The notes under the pieces were generated by a model. That model searched no databases and was not told where the DNA came from. It was given only the letters and a program-made list of their open reading frames with translations. The position numbers were made by a program, and so were the translations under genes. A DNA stretch of 64,000 nucleotides, from NCBI GenBank assembly GCA_043228905.1, contig JBHGNT010000013.1, positions 13,640,001-13,704,000 of the forward strand, written 5' to 3'. Positions 35,537-46,900 of the stretch are shown here, in pieces (positions within the stretch are counted from its first letter, which is position 1; every line of letters starts with the position of its first letter). This stretch comes from Azolla caroliniana. Taxonomy: Eukaryota > Plantae > Polypodiophyta.

Positions 35537-37651
35537 ATGGAGGAGCAAATGAGGCTTATGTGTACGATGATGGAACGAGTGATGCGGGAACAAGGGATGA
35601 TGGTAAGCATCGACAAAGCCGTCGACAATATTCTCGCACGAGTAGGAATCTTCGAAGGTATAAATTTAACAAGATTTTTGAAGATTTATAATGAAGAAAT
35701 GCTTAAACGCGGTGTCGACGAAGCTACAAAAATTAATAGCTTTAGTCGAGTTGCTGCGATTGGGCTACAAGAGAGGATCCAAGAGCTCCAAAGGGAGAAT
35801 CAGACATGGACAACATTCGAAAGGGCATTACTCAATGAATACAACCTCAACGATATGTCAAGGATGACAAGGCGAGCTTTCATGGATTGGGTAGAGTCTA
35901 ATAAACATTTAAGTGTTTTGGAAGTATTAAAAGAGTTTTCTGAAAGATTTGAGCAACTAAATGTTAGAGATAGAAATATAATAGTGCCAGATAAAGTCAT
36001 ATTGTTTCTACAAGCTACTAATATTAAAGATAGGAAGGACTTGGGAATGCTTTTAGAAGATCAGAATAGTCCAAGTGGACTTACCGAAGATTGGGAGGAG
36101 GTGAAAAGGGCGTGCGCCCATTTCTGCAAAAGAAAGTTATGGTTTATGGAGTTGCCCGACAGAAATGAGGAAGAAACGGGGAACGAGTCGGGAGAAAAGA
36201 AAGTAGAAGAATCACTCTTACACGAATTAGTGAAAGGCATGAAAGACTTGTCGATCAAAGTGACGAAGCTAGAATCGGGACAAAGCTCGACTTCATCAAG
36301 GCAAGGAGGTGGAATGGTCCGAAGGTGTATGTGGTGTGATAGTATCGACCACCAGAAGAAAGATTGTCAAGAGCATAGGGATGCTCTTAATCATAATAAA
36401 ATCTACTATCAAGATGGCAAGATTCACTCAACTGAGACTCGACAACCACTTCAACTCAACTTCGGGCGAGGAGGAATGAAAAAGCTAATGGAAGATGCCG
36501 AGAGAGAAACGACTCAAGCGATACAATCCGTGGCAACCTTAGGATTGCACGTAGAAGACTCATATGGTGGATCTGGCTTTTGGCAAGATGTGATGGATTA
36601 TGCAAGAAAAGGGAAGGTTCGAGTGGATGAATTAAAAAGAGCGGGAGATGAAATACGAAACTTCACTGGATGGAATGATCCAGTAGACGCGCTATCAGCA
36701 TTCGCCCAAGTGAATGCACAAGATGTGCTAGTGGAAGAGAAGCGGAAGAGAGCTGAGGAAGCTGATCCGACAAAGAGACATGAGACACGAGAACAAAAGA
36801 GAAGGGAGATGGAAAAGGGTGCTATTGAGCCGAAGGAAGCTGATAAAGTAAAAGGAAAGACAGGCCCATCTTTCAAGCTTGCCTCAGACATAGAAACAAC
36901 GACGGATATAAAAAAGGTACTAGAAACAAGAATATTAAATAGTAAGGTAGAATTTACTTTAAGAGAAGTGTTGGGTATAGCAAAGAAAGAATTTCATGAA
37001 GTTATCATAGATATTATTAGAAGTAAGAGACAGGTGACGGAGGAAATTACGGGAGGGTGTGCAGCAACACTCCAAGATTTGTATGGTGGCACCATCAATG
37101 CTGCAAGTGTAAAAAACCAGAATGATGTTGGCGTCCATGAAGGGGATAGGAGTCACTATACAAGGGACCATTGGGCTCGAGCAACAACGGAGGCACCTGC
37201 AAAAATTGGGGAGCAGCAAATTCCATGTATTGCTTTGATTGATCATGGATCAGAGATTAACATGATGTCATCGGAATTTTACGCTCGAGGACGATGGCCG
37301 ATCGACAAGAATCATGGGTGGAAAATAAGAGCTGCCACAGAAACTACGGAGGATCTATTCGGAGCATGTCCTAGTGTGAAGGTAACAATTGGTGATGTCT
37401 CGGTGAATCAAAATTTCTTTGTGCAGGATCGATCAACCTACCCCGTCATCCTTGGCCAGCCCTACATCACCGCAGTGAGGATGGAAACAAAGGTTATTGA
37501 TGATGGTTCGGCTTTCGCGAGAATCAAGAGTCAAGATGGAAGAAAGACTGTCCAATTCTTAACCGTGAGGCCCAACCATGAAAGAAACAAAGAATGCTTG
37601 AGGGAACATCCAATTCAAGAGATGGATGAAGAGTTTTCCCAGGATTTTTAG
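35537..37651 (+). CDS. E5 Gag-protease
   Basis: 704-aa ORF with CMWCDSIDHQKKDC knuckle and LIDHGSEIN...VILGQP aspartic protease. Confidence 0.92.
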   Translation: MEEQMRLMCTMMERVMREQGMMVSIDKAVDNILARVGIFEGINLTRFLKIYNEEMLKRGVDEATKINSFSRVAAIGLQERIQELQRENQTWTTFERALLNEYNLNDMSRMTRRAFMDWVESNKHLSVLEVLKEFSERFEQLNVRDRNIIVPDKVILFLQATNIKDRKDLGMLLEDQNSPSGLTEDWEEVKRACAHFCKRKLWFMELPDRNEEETGNESGEKKVEESLLHELVKGMKDLSIKVTKLESGQSSTSSRQGGGMVRRCMWCDSIDHQKKDCQEHRDALNHNKIYYQDGKIHSTETRQPLQLNFGRGGMKKLMEDAERETTQAIQSVATLGLHVEDSYGGSGFWQDVMDYARKGKVRVDELKRAGDEIRNFTGWNDPVDALSAFAQVNAQDVLVEEKRKRAEEADPTKRHETREQKRREMEKGAIEPKEADKVKGKTGPSFKLASDIETTTDIKKVLETRILNSKVEFTLREVLGIAKKEFHEVIIDIIRSKRQVTEEITGGCAATLQDLYGGTINAASVKNQNDVGVHEGDRSHYTRDHWARATTEAPAKIGEQQIPCIALIDHGSEINMMSSEFYARGRWPIDKNHGWKIRAATETTEDLFGACPSVKVTIGDVSVNQNFFVQDRSTYPVILGQPYITAVRMETKVIDDGSAFARIKSQDGRKTVQFLTVRPNHERNKECLREHPIQEMDEEFSQDF

Positions 37652-40600
37652 ATAGGGCTTTTACAGGTAGGGGCTGTGATAGCCCAAGCATAAAAGAAAA
37701 CCCCATAAATAATAATGTAAATAAAGATATTCCTTGTACAATCTCATCTAATGGTGCTACTTTTATACTAAAAGTAAATAATAATAAAATACAAAATGCT
37801 TTCGAGTACTTTAAGTGTTCTGGATTAATAGATGATGATGAAGAAATTCAGGATATGTTTGAAGAATTAAGTTTTGAAGATACAATAACTCATTTGGAAG
37901 CAATGGAAGAAGACAACGAAATCCAAGTTCCTGTCCATTCAATCAAGATGTATGAGGTCATTGAAGAAGTTGCTCGAAAGGATCATGAAGCACATGTACT
38001 AACAAAATACAAGACAGTGGAGAAGAAGGTTCGTCCTATTGCTGCTCCACTTCCAGGGGATAGTGAAAAGGCAATCAAAGAAGCAGCCACAGAGCCAATG
38101 ATCAGAGACCCACGAAAGGTAGGACATGTGTTTACTCCGGAAACAATACAAGGGATGAAAATAGGAGGGGGTGACTTCCTATTACCCGCTGAAGAAAAGC
38201 AGTTCAGGGAGATGTTAAAAAGGCATGGAAAGGCGTTTGCATTCCAACCGGAGGAAATAGGGTGTGTGGATCCAGAAATTGTGGAGCCCATGGTTATATT
38301 CACTATCCCTCATATTCCATGGAACTTTAAGGCAATACCCATGCCTAGGGCTAGAATCCCTCAACTATTAGAACTTTTGAAAGAAAAGATAAGGATGGGT
38401 ATCTTGGAACCATCGAACGCTCCTTACTCGAGTCGATGGTTCACTGTGTTAAAGAAAGATGGGCGACTCCGATTTATCCAAGATATGCAACCCGTGAATA
38501 AGGTAACAATCCGAAACTCGGGAGTAGGGCCAATTGTGGATGAGTTTGCTGAGATGTTTGCAGGAAGAGCTATATATTCAATGGGAGACCTTTATTCCGG
38601 ATATGATCCATTTCAACTTGCTATCAAAAGTCGAGATATAACTTCTATCAAGACACCTATAGGGTTAGTACGGATGTGCACCTTGCCGCAAGGAGCGACC
38701 AACTCAGTGGCGCATATGATGAATGGAATGAACAAGGTACTTCGTGATTTTATTCCTCATATTACAATGCCTTTTCTAGATGATGTTCCAATTAAGGGAT
38801 GCAAGGAGGAAGAGAAGAACGAGGAATTGGACGAAAGTGGTTGCCGTCAATTCGTTGCTGATCATATCAAGGATTGTGAGAAGGTGCTATCAAGGATGGA
38901 AGAAGTGCATTTGACCTTATCAGGGGCGAAGTCAATATTTGGGGCAAAAGAGATATTAATAGTTGGTCATATGTGTGGCCCGTATGGGAGAAAGCCATCC
39001 CCAACCAAGGTCAATGCAATTCAAAATATGCAAGAGGAATGTACATCCATCTCAGAAGTACGAAGGTTTCTGGGGGTATGTGTTTTTTACTGTAAATGGA
39101 TTCCGCATTATACCCATTTATCTGAACCTTTATATAGACTCCTAAGAAAAGGAGAAACATTTGAATGGAGTGAAGAGCATTCAGAGGCAATGAAGAAATT
39201 GAAGTACTACTTGGCACAAGCTCCACCATTAAAGCAACCAGACTACACCCGGCCCATATATCTCACAGTAGACTCTAGTCCCATTGGAATTGGATGGGTG
39301 ATAAGCCAACAAGATAGGGAAGAAAGGTATCCAGTCCGATTCGGGGCAAAGGTTCTTAGTGGTCGACAAAGAAAATATGCACAGGTGAAAAGAGAGCTAT
39401 GGGGGATAGTAACAGCTGTAAAGACAGACAGAGATTACTTAATTGGTGCTGAAGTAATAATAGAAACTGATTGTTTGCCTATTCTGGGTATCATAGCTAA
39501 TTGTGATATTCCAGATCAAGCCATGTTAAGATGGTGTATCTATATTAGATCAATCAACCCTGAAGTTCGACATATCTCTGGGAATAGAAATGCAGTAGCA
39601 GATATGTTATCAAGAGCAAGGTATGAGGAAGAGGAGATTCCAGACTCGGACGATGAGGACAAAGAACAAACAGTCCTTACCACAAGCATTACTCGGGAAG
39701 GAGGAATGCAGTTTCTAGAAGAGGAGTATGAAGATGAATTCAAGGAAATAGGGAAATACCTACAAACCCCTAACAAGTACAAAGGTCGATCTGGAAAGGA
39801 GTTCGCACAGTTTCGCAAGAAAGCCCATAAGTTCTTCCTGTATGAAGGATATCTATGGCGACATCCGAAAACCAAGACTGGAAACCCGCAAAGAGTAATA
39901 GGTTCTGAAGGGCAAAGAAAGGAGATAATCAAAGAGTTGCATGACAAAGAATGGGCTGGTCATCGAGGAGTGTGGGCCACTTTCAGTAAGATTAAAGAAC
40001 GATTTTGGTGGCCTCGATACTATGAGCAAATAAAAAAGTATGTGGAAACTTGTCCCACTTGTCAATATTATTCAAATGTAAAATTTTGTGATGAATTACA
40101 CCCAACATACTCACCGGGGGTGCATTACAAGTGGATGATAGATTTGGTAACAATGCCACTTGGAGTAGGACAAAAGAGATACTTGGTTCTTGCTAGAGAA
40201 GATCTAACAAATCAAGTGGAAGGTCGTTCATTGAGAACAAAAGGGACATTAGGAGTATGTCAATTCATCTTGGAGGACATTGTTTGTAGATATGGATGTA
40301 TCGGGAAGATAGTGGCAGATAGGGGAGAACTCAATTCTGCGGAAGCTCAAGATTTTTTCGACAAAATAGGAATTCGGCTTTCTTTGACAACGGCGTACAA
40401 TCCAGAAGCTAATGGAAAGGTAGAAAGGGGACATGGGCCAATAGTCAAAGCTTTGGCAAAGGCATGTAGAGGACGGGTTAGTGATTGGCCAAAAACCTTA
40501 CCCTATGCACTATGGGCTGATAGGACAACTCACAGCACTGTTACTGGATATATGCCTGCAGAATTAATCACAGGACAGAAGCCAATAATGCCAATTGAAG

Positions 40601-41106
40601 AAAAGATAACTACATGGGCTGTGTTGCCTTGGGAATCAGAAATGAGTAGGGAAGATTTACTTGCGGTTCAAATACGACAACTTCAATCAAGGATAGAAGA
40701 CATAGAAAAAGCAGCTACTAGATTGAAAGAGGCAAGAATCAAGAATAAGGACAGATTTGACAAGATGAAAAGAATACGACCAAGAAAGGTGCAAGAGGGA
40801 GATTGGGTATTAGTATATGATAATAGCCTAGATAATCAATATAGTACTATTCGGAAGTTTGCAAAAAGATGGTTTGGACCTTATGAAGTTAGGAAAATAA
40901 CAGATAAAGCCACATATTTCCTCAATGAATTAGATGGGACAGAAATTCGTATCCCAATTGCAGGAAAAAGGATTAAAATATTTAAAAGGAGGGAGTCATT
41001 AGAGCCTGAATTTTATGAAGAAGTAGAGGAACTAAAAGAATCGGAAGAAGTGTTGGATGAACTCTACACAACCAATGTGCAAGTTCAGAGGGGGTGGGTG
41101 TCGTGA
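37642..41106 (+). CDS. E5 Pol (RT, RNase H, integrase), probably reached by -1 frameshift
   Basis: The -1 frame is open from GGATTTTTAG at 37642 through the ATG at 37855; PFLDD, VDSS, HHCC, ADRGE, and RWFGPY motifs. Confidence 0.92.
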   Translation, partial: GFLDRAFTGRGCDSPSIKENPINNNVNKDIPCTISSNGATFILKVNNNKIQNAFEYFKCSGLIDDDEEIQDMFEELSFEDTITHLEAMEEDNEIQVPVHSIKMYEVIEEVARKDHEAHVLTKYKTVEKKVRPIAAPLPGDSEKAIKEAATEPMIRDPRKVGHVFTPETIQGMKIGGGDFLLPAEEKQFREMLKRHGKAFAFQPEEIGCVDPEIVEPMVIFTIPHIPWNFKAIPMPRARIPQLLELLKEKIRMGILEPSNAPYSSRWFTVLKKDGRLRFIQDMQPVNKVTIRNSGVGPIVDEFAEMFAGRAIYSMGDLYSGYDPFQLAIKSRDITSIKTPIGLVRMCTLPQGATNSVAHMMNGMNKVLRDFIPHITMPFLDDVPIKGCKEEEKNEELDESGCRQFVADHIKDCEKVLSRMEEVHLTLSGAKSIFGAKEILIVGHMCGPYGRKPSPTKVNAIQNMQEECTSISEVRRFLGVCVFYCKWIPHYTHLSEPLYRLLRKGETFEWSEEHSEAMKKLKYYLAQAPPLKQPDYTRPIYLTVDSSPIGIGWVISQQDREERYPVRFGAKVLSGRQRKYAQVKRELWGIVTAVKTDRDYLIGAEVIIETDCLPILGIIANCDIPDQAMLRWCIYIRSINPEVRHISGNRNAVADMLSRARYEEEEIPDSDDEDKEQTVLTTSITREGGMQFLEEEYEDEFKEIGKYLQTPNKYKGRSGKEFAQFRKKAHKFFLYEGYLWRHPKTKTGNPQRVIGSEGQRKEIIKELHDKEWAGHRGVWATFSKIKERFWWPRYYEQIKKYVETCPTCQYYSNVKFCDELHPTYSPGVHYKWMIDLVTMPLGVGQKRYLVLAREDLTNQVEGRSLRTKGTLGVCQFILEDIVCRYGCIGKIVADRGELNSAEAQDFFDKIGIRLSLTTAYNPEANGKVERGHGPIVKALAKACRGRVSDWPKTLPYALWADRTTHSTVTGYMPAELITGQKPIMPIEEKITTWAVLPWESEMSREDLLAVQIRQLQSRIEDIEKAATRLKEARIKNKDRFDKMKRIRPRKVQEGDWVLVYDNSLDNQYSTIRKFAKRWFGPYEVRKITDKATYFLNELDGTEIRIPIAGKRIKIFKRRESLEPEFYEEVEELKESEEVLDELYTTNVQVQRGWVS

Positions 41107-41867
41107 AGAATGTGCTTCACGATATAAAAATGAGCTTAAATGTTGTATTTAATAATATTTAAGAGACTTGAACCCACATCCTTATATACGATGTACAATG
41201 TACATACCACTAGGCTAGGCTATTTATTTGTAAAAGTGTATAATAAATGTGCTTCATGATATAAGAATGAAGCTATATATTGTATTAAGTAAAATTGAGG
41301 GACTTGAACCCTCAACCTTGTATATCAAGCACAAACCATACACCACTAAGCTAGGTTATTTGTTTTAGGGTTATATCCATCATTGTACTTATCCCAATAC
41401 ATGGGAGCTCAAATGAGCATGATGGCTATCATGCATCACATGCAATGCATGTGCGCCAAATGGCGATCATGCATCAGATGTAACTCATGCATTACATGCA
41501 TGACATTACCATATGCATGGAAATACTTATAAAAAGAGAGGAAAGGAAAACAAAAGGGAATCAAGGAATCAAGAGAGAGTAAAAAAATAATACAATTAAT
41601 TGAAGAAGACTAGCTCATTGGGTGGAGAACCTCTCGTTTCGAAGTTGAGGTCGAGGGTTCAAATCAAGGGTCGGTATTGAAAAGATTTATCTTGCGATCA
41701 AGGATTGTAAAGTTGGTAAAATATTATATTTTTAATATACATCATGTTTATATCATATACTCTTGTTCTTTGAATCATACTTTGTCTCAATCTTCTTTCT
41801 AGAATCATACTTTGTCTCAATCTTCTTTCTTGAATCATACATTGTCTCTATCTTTTATCTATGCTCG

Positions 41868-41931
<64 letters not shown>

Positions 41932-42066
41932 TACTTGTAACTCTTCATCTTACTATCCTTAACCATTCTATCATCACCATACAAGCCTTATTAAACTTAA
42001 GTTTCTTCAACTCCCCTTAACCTTAGTCCCCGCGACTTCGCCGCACGAACCACAACTACCCCGACA
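41099..42066 (+). repeat. 3' LTR of E5
   Basis: Follows PPT GAGGGGGTGGG; differs from the 5' LTR by about two substitutions and microsatellite length. Confidence 0.95.
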
Positions 42067-43867
42067 GCGCGATGCGACTTCCACAAGCGGACAACTCACA
42101 AATTACGGCACCAACTTCGATTATGAAGACCATGGTGGAATGTTCATGATGAGACGTAGAGCAAATTCTATGTCGGCCTCTACTTCGACTAATGCCTCCA
42201 ATCCAGAAGATGTATGGTTCATTGACTCCGGTGCCTCAAACCATATGACGTCCCATCAAGAATGGTTTCGAGACTTACAAGAGCCGGATCAACCTAGTTA
42301 TGTCGAGACCGGAGATGACACCTCTCATCCAATTCGGCATGTCGGCAATGTCCCATTCGGGAAAGAGGGCGAACAAACTTGCATAAAAAATGTCTTAAAT
42401 GTACCCACCATAACGAAGAATTTGGTCTCGGTCGGCCAAATTGTGGAGCAAGGGATGCAAGTTCGATTCTACCAAGGTGGTTGCTTCATCGAGAAGGAAG
42501 GCCGATTAATTGCTCGTGGTCGAAGGGAAGGCCGAATGTTTATCCTCGAAGCAAAAGAGGTAAAATCCTTCATGTTTGCAAAGGGCCTCAAACCTGACAC
42601 CGACATAGAGCTATGGCATAAAAGAATCGGCTATTTCAATCTCAACAAACTCAAGGCGATGCAATCGAAAGGAGTTGTCATTGGGTTTCTGACCTTCAAA
42701 GAGAAAGTGATTGAAGGAGTATGTGAAGCATGCCAATTCGGCAAGCAGCATCGGCACCCGTTCCCGAAGGAGATGAACGTGAGCAAAGGTCTATTGGACA
42801 TAGCCCACTCGGATGTGTGGGGACCGGCACAAACGGCCACATTCGGAGAATGTCGGTACTATGTTACCTTCATTGATGACTTCTCTAGATACACATGGAT
42901 CTTTCCCATGAAGATGAATAGCGAAGTGTTTACACACTTCCAAAAATTCAAAAGCAAAGTCTAAAATACAACTGGCCGCCATGTACGATGTCTTCAGTCG
43001 AACGGAGGAAAGGAATACTTCTCCGATGCGTTCATGGCATACCTTCGACAAGAAGGAATTCGGTGAGAATTCACTTGCCGACACAGACAACAACAGAATG
43101 GTGTAGACGAACGCAAGAATTGGCACATCCTCGAAGTAGCAAGGGCCATGCTAAATGAGAAGCATATGCCTAGCTCATATTGGGCAGAAGCTCCAAATAC
43201 CGCCGTCTACCTCATGAACCCGTGCACAACATCCGGAGTGCACGAGATCGTCCCGCATGAGAAGTAATATGGGAAGAAGCCGGATCTATCCCATATAAGG
43301 ATATTCGGCTCCATTGCATACGTGCACATTCCTGATGAGAAGCGGCAGAAACTTGACCCAAAATCAGAGATGTGCATCCTCGTGGGGTACTCACTAGAGC
43401 AAAAAGGGTACAAGTGCTTCAACCCCTCTACTCGGAAGGCTCGTGTAGGTCGGGATGTCCTCTTCCGAACCAACTCCTCCCAAACCATCTATGTACAACC
43501 TCGACAACACAGAAGACGATGATCAACTAAGGTCGATACTCAAAGAGAGTCCGATCTCAACCAGATTGAGCGGACCACAAGAGCCTCTAAACAACCAAAG
43601 CATATCTCGACCAAGTCCAAAGATGGACAAAGGGAAGGCCAAAATGCCGGAATATGAAGATGATCACTTCGACGGCAACGAATCAACTCACTCACTTGAT
43701 AGTGAGTTCGATGGCTTTGACGTGCCTCTTATGAGGTCACCAGGAGTTAAGAAAGCACTCATATCGCCAAATGAGAAACTCCGTCGCTCCACCCGAGAGA
43801 AGAATCCGGTTAACCGATTCGGCTACAACGACTATATGGCATACCATTATGCCTTTATGATGGTGGC
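42067..43867 (+). pseudogene. E9 Copia protease, GAG-pre-integrase and integrase
   Basis: WFIDSGASNHM, LWHKRIG, CEACQFGKQ, HSDVWGP, FIDDFSR, QQNGV.ERKN. Confidence 0.92.
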
Positions 43868-43929
43868 TGTTACAGGCATGACCATATAATATCCTGTGGT
43901 GAGAATTTACCGTAGTATTCTATACACGT

Positions 43930-46900
43930 TGTCGAGGTATTCCTCGCGGATGCGTGGAATGAGGCGAGACCTCGGGGGTCCTGTACCGAAGAGCAAGAGA
44001 GAAAGGAGAAGAGACCCACTACATGCGAGAGTAGATTCACAGGGACACGGCCCTTCGACACAAAGACGTGAGTGGGACAGTGACACAGAGAGACACGAAT
44101 GTATGTATGTATTAACAAAGACAGACAACAAAACACGAGGTCGGTTACAACCGAACAAGCCGGCGAACAGATGCCGATACCTGCTCGTAAACGCACAGAA
44201 AGGAAGGAGGAGGTTGGAGGTGCTGCCGGAAGCACTCGGGCATTCCTCAGAGCAGCGCGAGCCTCCCGAAACCTGCACAGAAGGAAGCTATGGAGCTTGC
44301 GAACCAGAGAGAGAGAAGCCTTCGCACACAAACTGACAACACTTCGTCCTCGACTCTCCGCGATCCCTTCGCCCCTCCTCGTCTCCCTCCTTTTATAGGC
44401 AAGGAAGGAGCCGTTTCTCCTTTACTTCCTACCTATCGAATCTGCCTGCCTAGGATCTCTTATGTACAACATAAGGCGCACGGGCATGAAGAGCCGGTCC
44501 CTACGCTCCGGTGCACTGATTCCGCTTGTGGACGGTTTTCTTCACGACATCCGCCCCCACCTAACCGCGCATCCACCGACATGTGCAAAATTGTGTTGGG
44601 ACGGAGAAAACCGGTCCAGCCTTCATTCTCCGCCCGTCGGTTCTCCCTCGGTTTCGGATCGTTCGTCGTCGCGGTCCAGGTCAACCGGATCCGGCTCGTC
44701 GTCGTGACGTTTCTTGAACGCTTTGATCCGCTTCCCAGCCACCGGTATCGCCATTCTCGTGCCGTCGAGTTCCGCCAGATGGTACGTCCCGTTGTCGTTG
44801 GCGCTTTGTACCACGTAAGGCCGAACCACCTTCTTGCGAACTTCCGTGTCGCTCGGTGCTGGTTGTCGAGGCTGCTGTCATAGACTACCACCCAGTCGCC
44901 TTCCTCGATCTTCTTCGGTCGGAGCCGGTGCGTTCGGTCGAACCGGGCTTTGTTCCTCGTCCTTGCCACCCGAAGCTTTCCCGCGGCCTGCTCCACGTCC
45001 TCCGGTCTTCGCTCGAGCTGTCGTATGCGCACCGCCAACAGTTCCTCCCGGCTCATCTCGTCTCTCCAGTCCACGGTTGCCCACGAGGAGATCGTACGTT
45101 CCATCGGCATGATCGGCTTTTGCCCAAACATGAGCTCTGCCGGCATGAATCCGGTTACCAAACTGTGCGTAGTTCGGTCAGCCCACAACGCGTAAGGCAA
45201 CAGCCGCGGCCAGTTCCCGACTTGACCTCCGCATGCCCGAACTAACGCCTTGACGATCGGTCCGTGTCCGCGCTCCACCTTCCCATTCGCCTCCAGATTG
45301 TATGCAGTGGTGAGCGACAACTTGACTCCTAGCCGGTCGAACAGCTCCTCGGCCTCTTCGGCGTCCAACTCCCCGCGATCAGCCACTATCTTCCCGACGC
45401 AGCCGTACGGGCATATCACGTCCTCAATCAGGAACCGACATACGGCTGCGGTCATTTTGTTCTGAAGGGCTCGGCCTTCTACTTGGTTCGTCAGATCTTC
45501 CCGAGCCAGGACCAGGTACCGCATCTGTCCTACTCCCATCGGCATCGTCACCAGATCTACCACTCATTTGAAGTGGATGGTCGGAGGGTACGTAGGGTGA
45601 AGCTCGTCCCGATGTCGGACTATGGAGTGCACCTGACAGCTCTCGCAAGTTGTCACGAACCGATGCACGTCCCGGTACAGTCCCGGCCACCAGTACTTCC
45701 CCTTTATCTTCTCGAACGTGGCCCACGTTCCACGGTGTCCAGCCCAAGGGCTGTCGTGGTAGGCCGTCAGCAGCTCCTCCTATTCTTCCTTCATCGCCAC
45801 CACCCGGAGCGGGACGCCGTTCCTCTTCTTCGGGTGCTTCCATAAGTGTCCGTCCCGGAGGAAGAATCAGTATGCTTTCTTCCGAATCCGGTTGGCCTCG
45901 TCCCTCGTCCACGACGCATCTGGCGTCATTGTCCTCAAGAAACCACCGATCTGGAGCCATTCGCCGTCGTACTTGCTCTCGTCGAAGCCGTTAAGTGCCG
46001 GAGTGCTCGTCCCATCGGTCGTCACGTACACTGCCTCGAAGAAGTCCACGCCGACTTCTTCATCCTCCGAAACCATGCCGCCCTCGTCATCAAACCTTGC
46101 CCTCAAAAGCATGTCGGCCATGGCGTTGTCCTTTCCGGAAATGTGTCGTATCTCCGGGTCCAGGGACTTGATGTACGCTATCCACCTGAGCATCGCCAGG
46201 TCCGGTGTCGCGCATCCGGAAACCATGCCGAGAATCGGCAGGCAATCCGTCTCGATAATCACTTCTGTCCCAATCAGGTAGTCTTTGTCGGCCTTTACCA
46301 CCGAAACGATACCCTAGAGTTCGCGTTTAACCTGGGCGTACCCTCGCTGTCGCTCACTGAGGACCTTAGCGCCGAATCGGATCGGGAACCGGGTGCCGTC
46401 CTCGTCTTCTTGGTTGACGACCCATCCGATCCCGGTCGGGCTCGTATCCACCGTTATATATATCGGGGTACCCTTCTCGTAGACAGCCTTCCGGAGCGCC
46501 GGTGCTGCCGCAAGAGCTTCCTTCAGCTTCCGGACCGACTCCGTGTGCTCGTCTCGCCACTCGAATTTTCGCCCTTTCTTCAGCAACCCGTATAGTGGCT
46601 CCGCAACGTGGGCGTAATGCGGGATCCATATGTGGTAGAACGCGCACGCCCCCAGGAACCTCCGAACTTCCGTAACCGAGCTACAGTTGGTCTTCATCGC
46701 GGAGATGGCCTCTACTTTTGCCGGAGACGGCTTCCGGCCATACGGTCCACACAGGTGTCCGACCACCAGGATTTCTGATTGCCCGAAGGCCGATTTCTCC
46801 CCGGAGAAGGTGAGCCTCACATCCTCTAGCCTTCGTAGCACCTTCTCGCAGTCGTCGATGTGTGTTGCCACGAATCGCCGGCATCCGTCCGGCCCGACTG

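Larger units (their letters stand above)
34524..42066 (+). mobile_element. E5: apparently intact, young non-chromovirus Gypsy element (tRNA-Trp PBS, 4-bp TSD)
   Basis: LTRs 34524-35497 and 41099-42066 nearly identical; TSD GCGC at 34520-34523 and 42067-42070; PBS at 35502-35518; both ORFs open. Confidence 0.96.
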
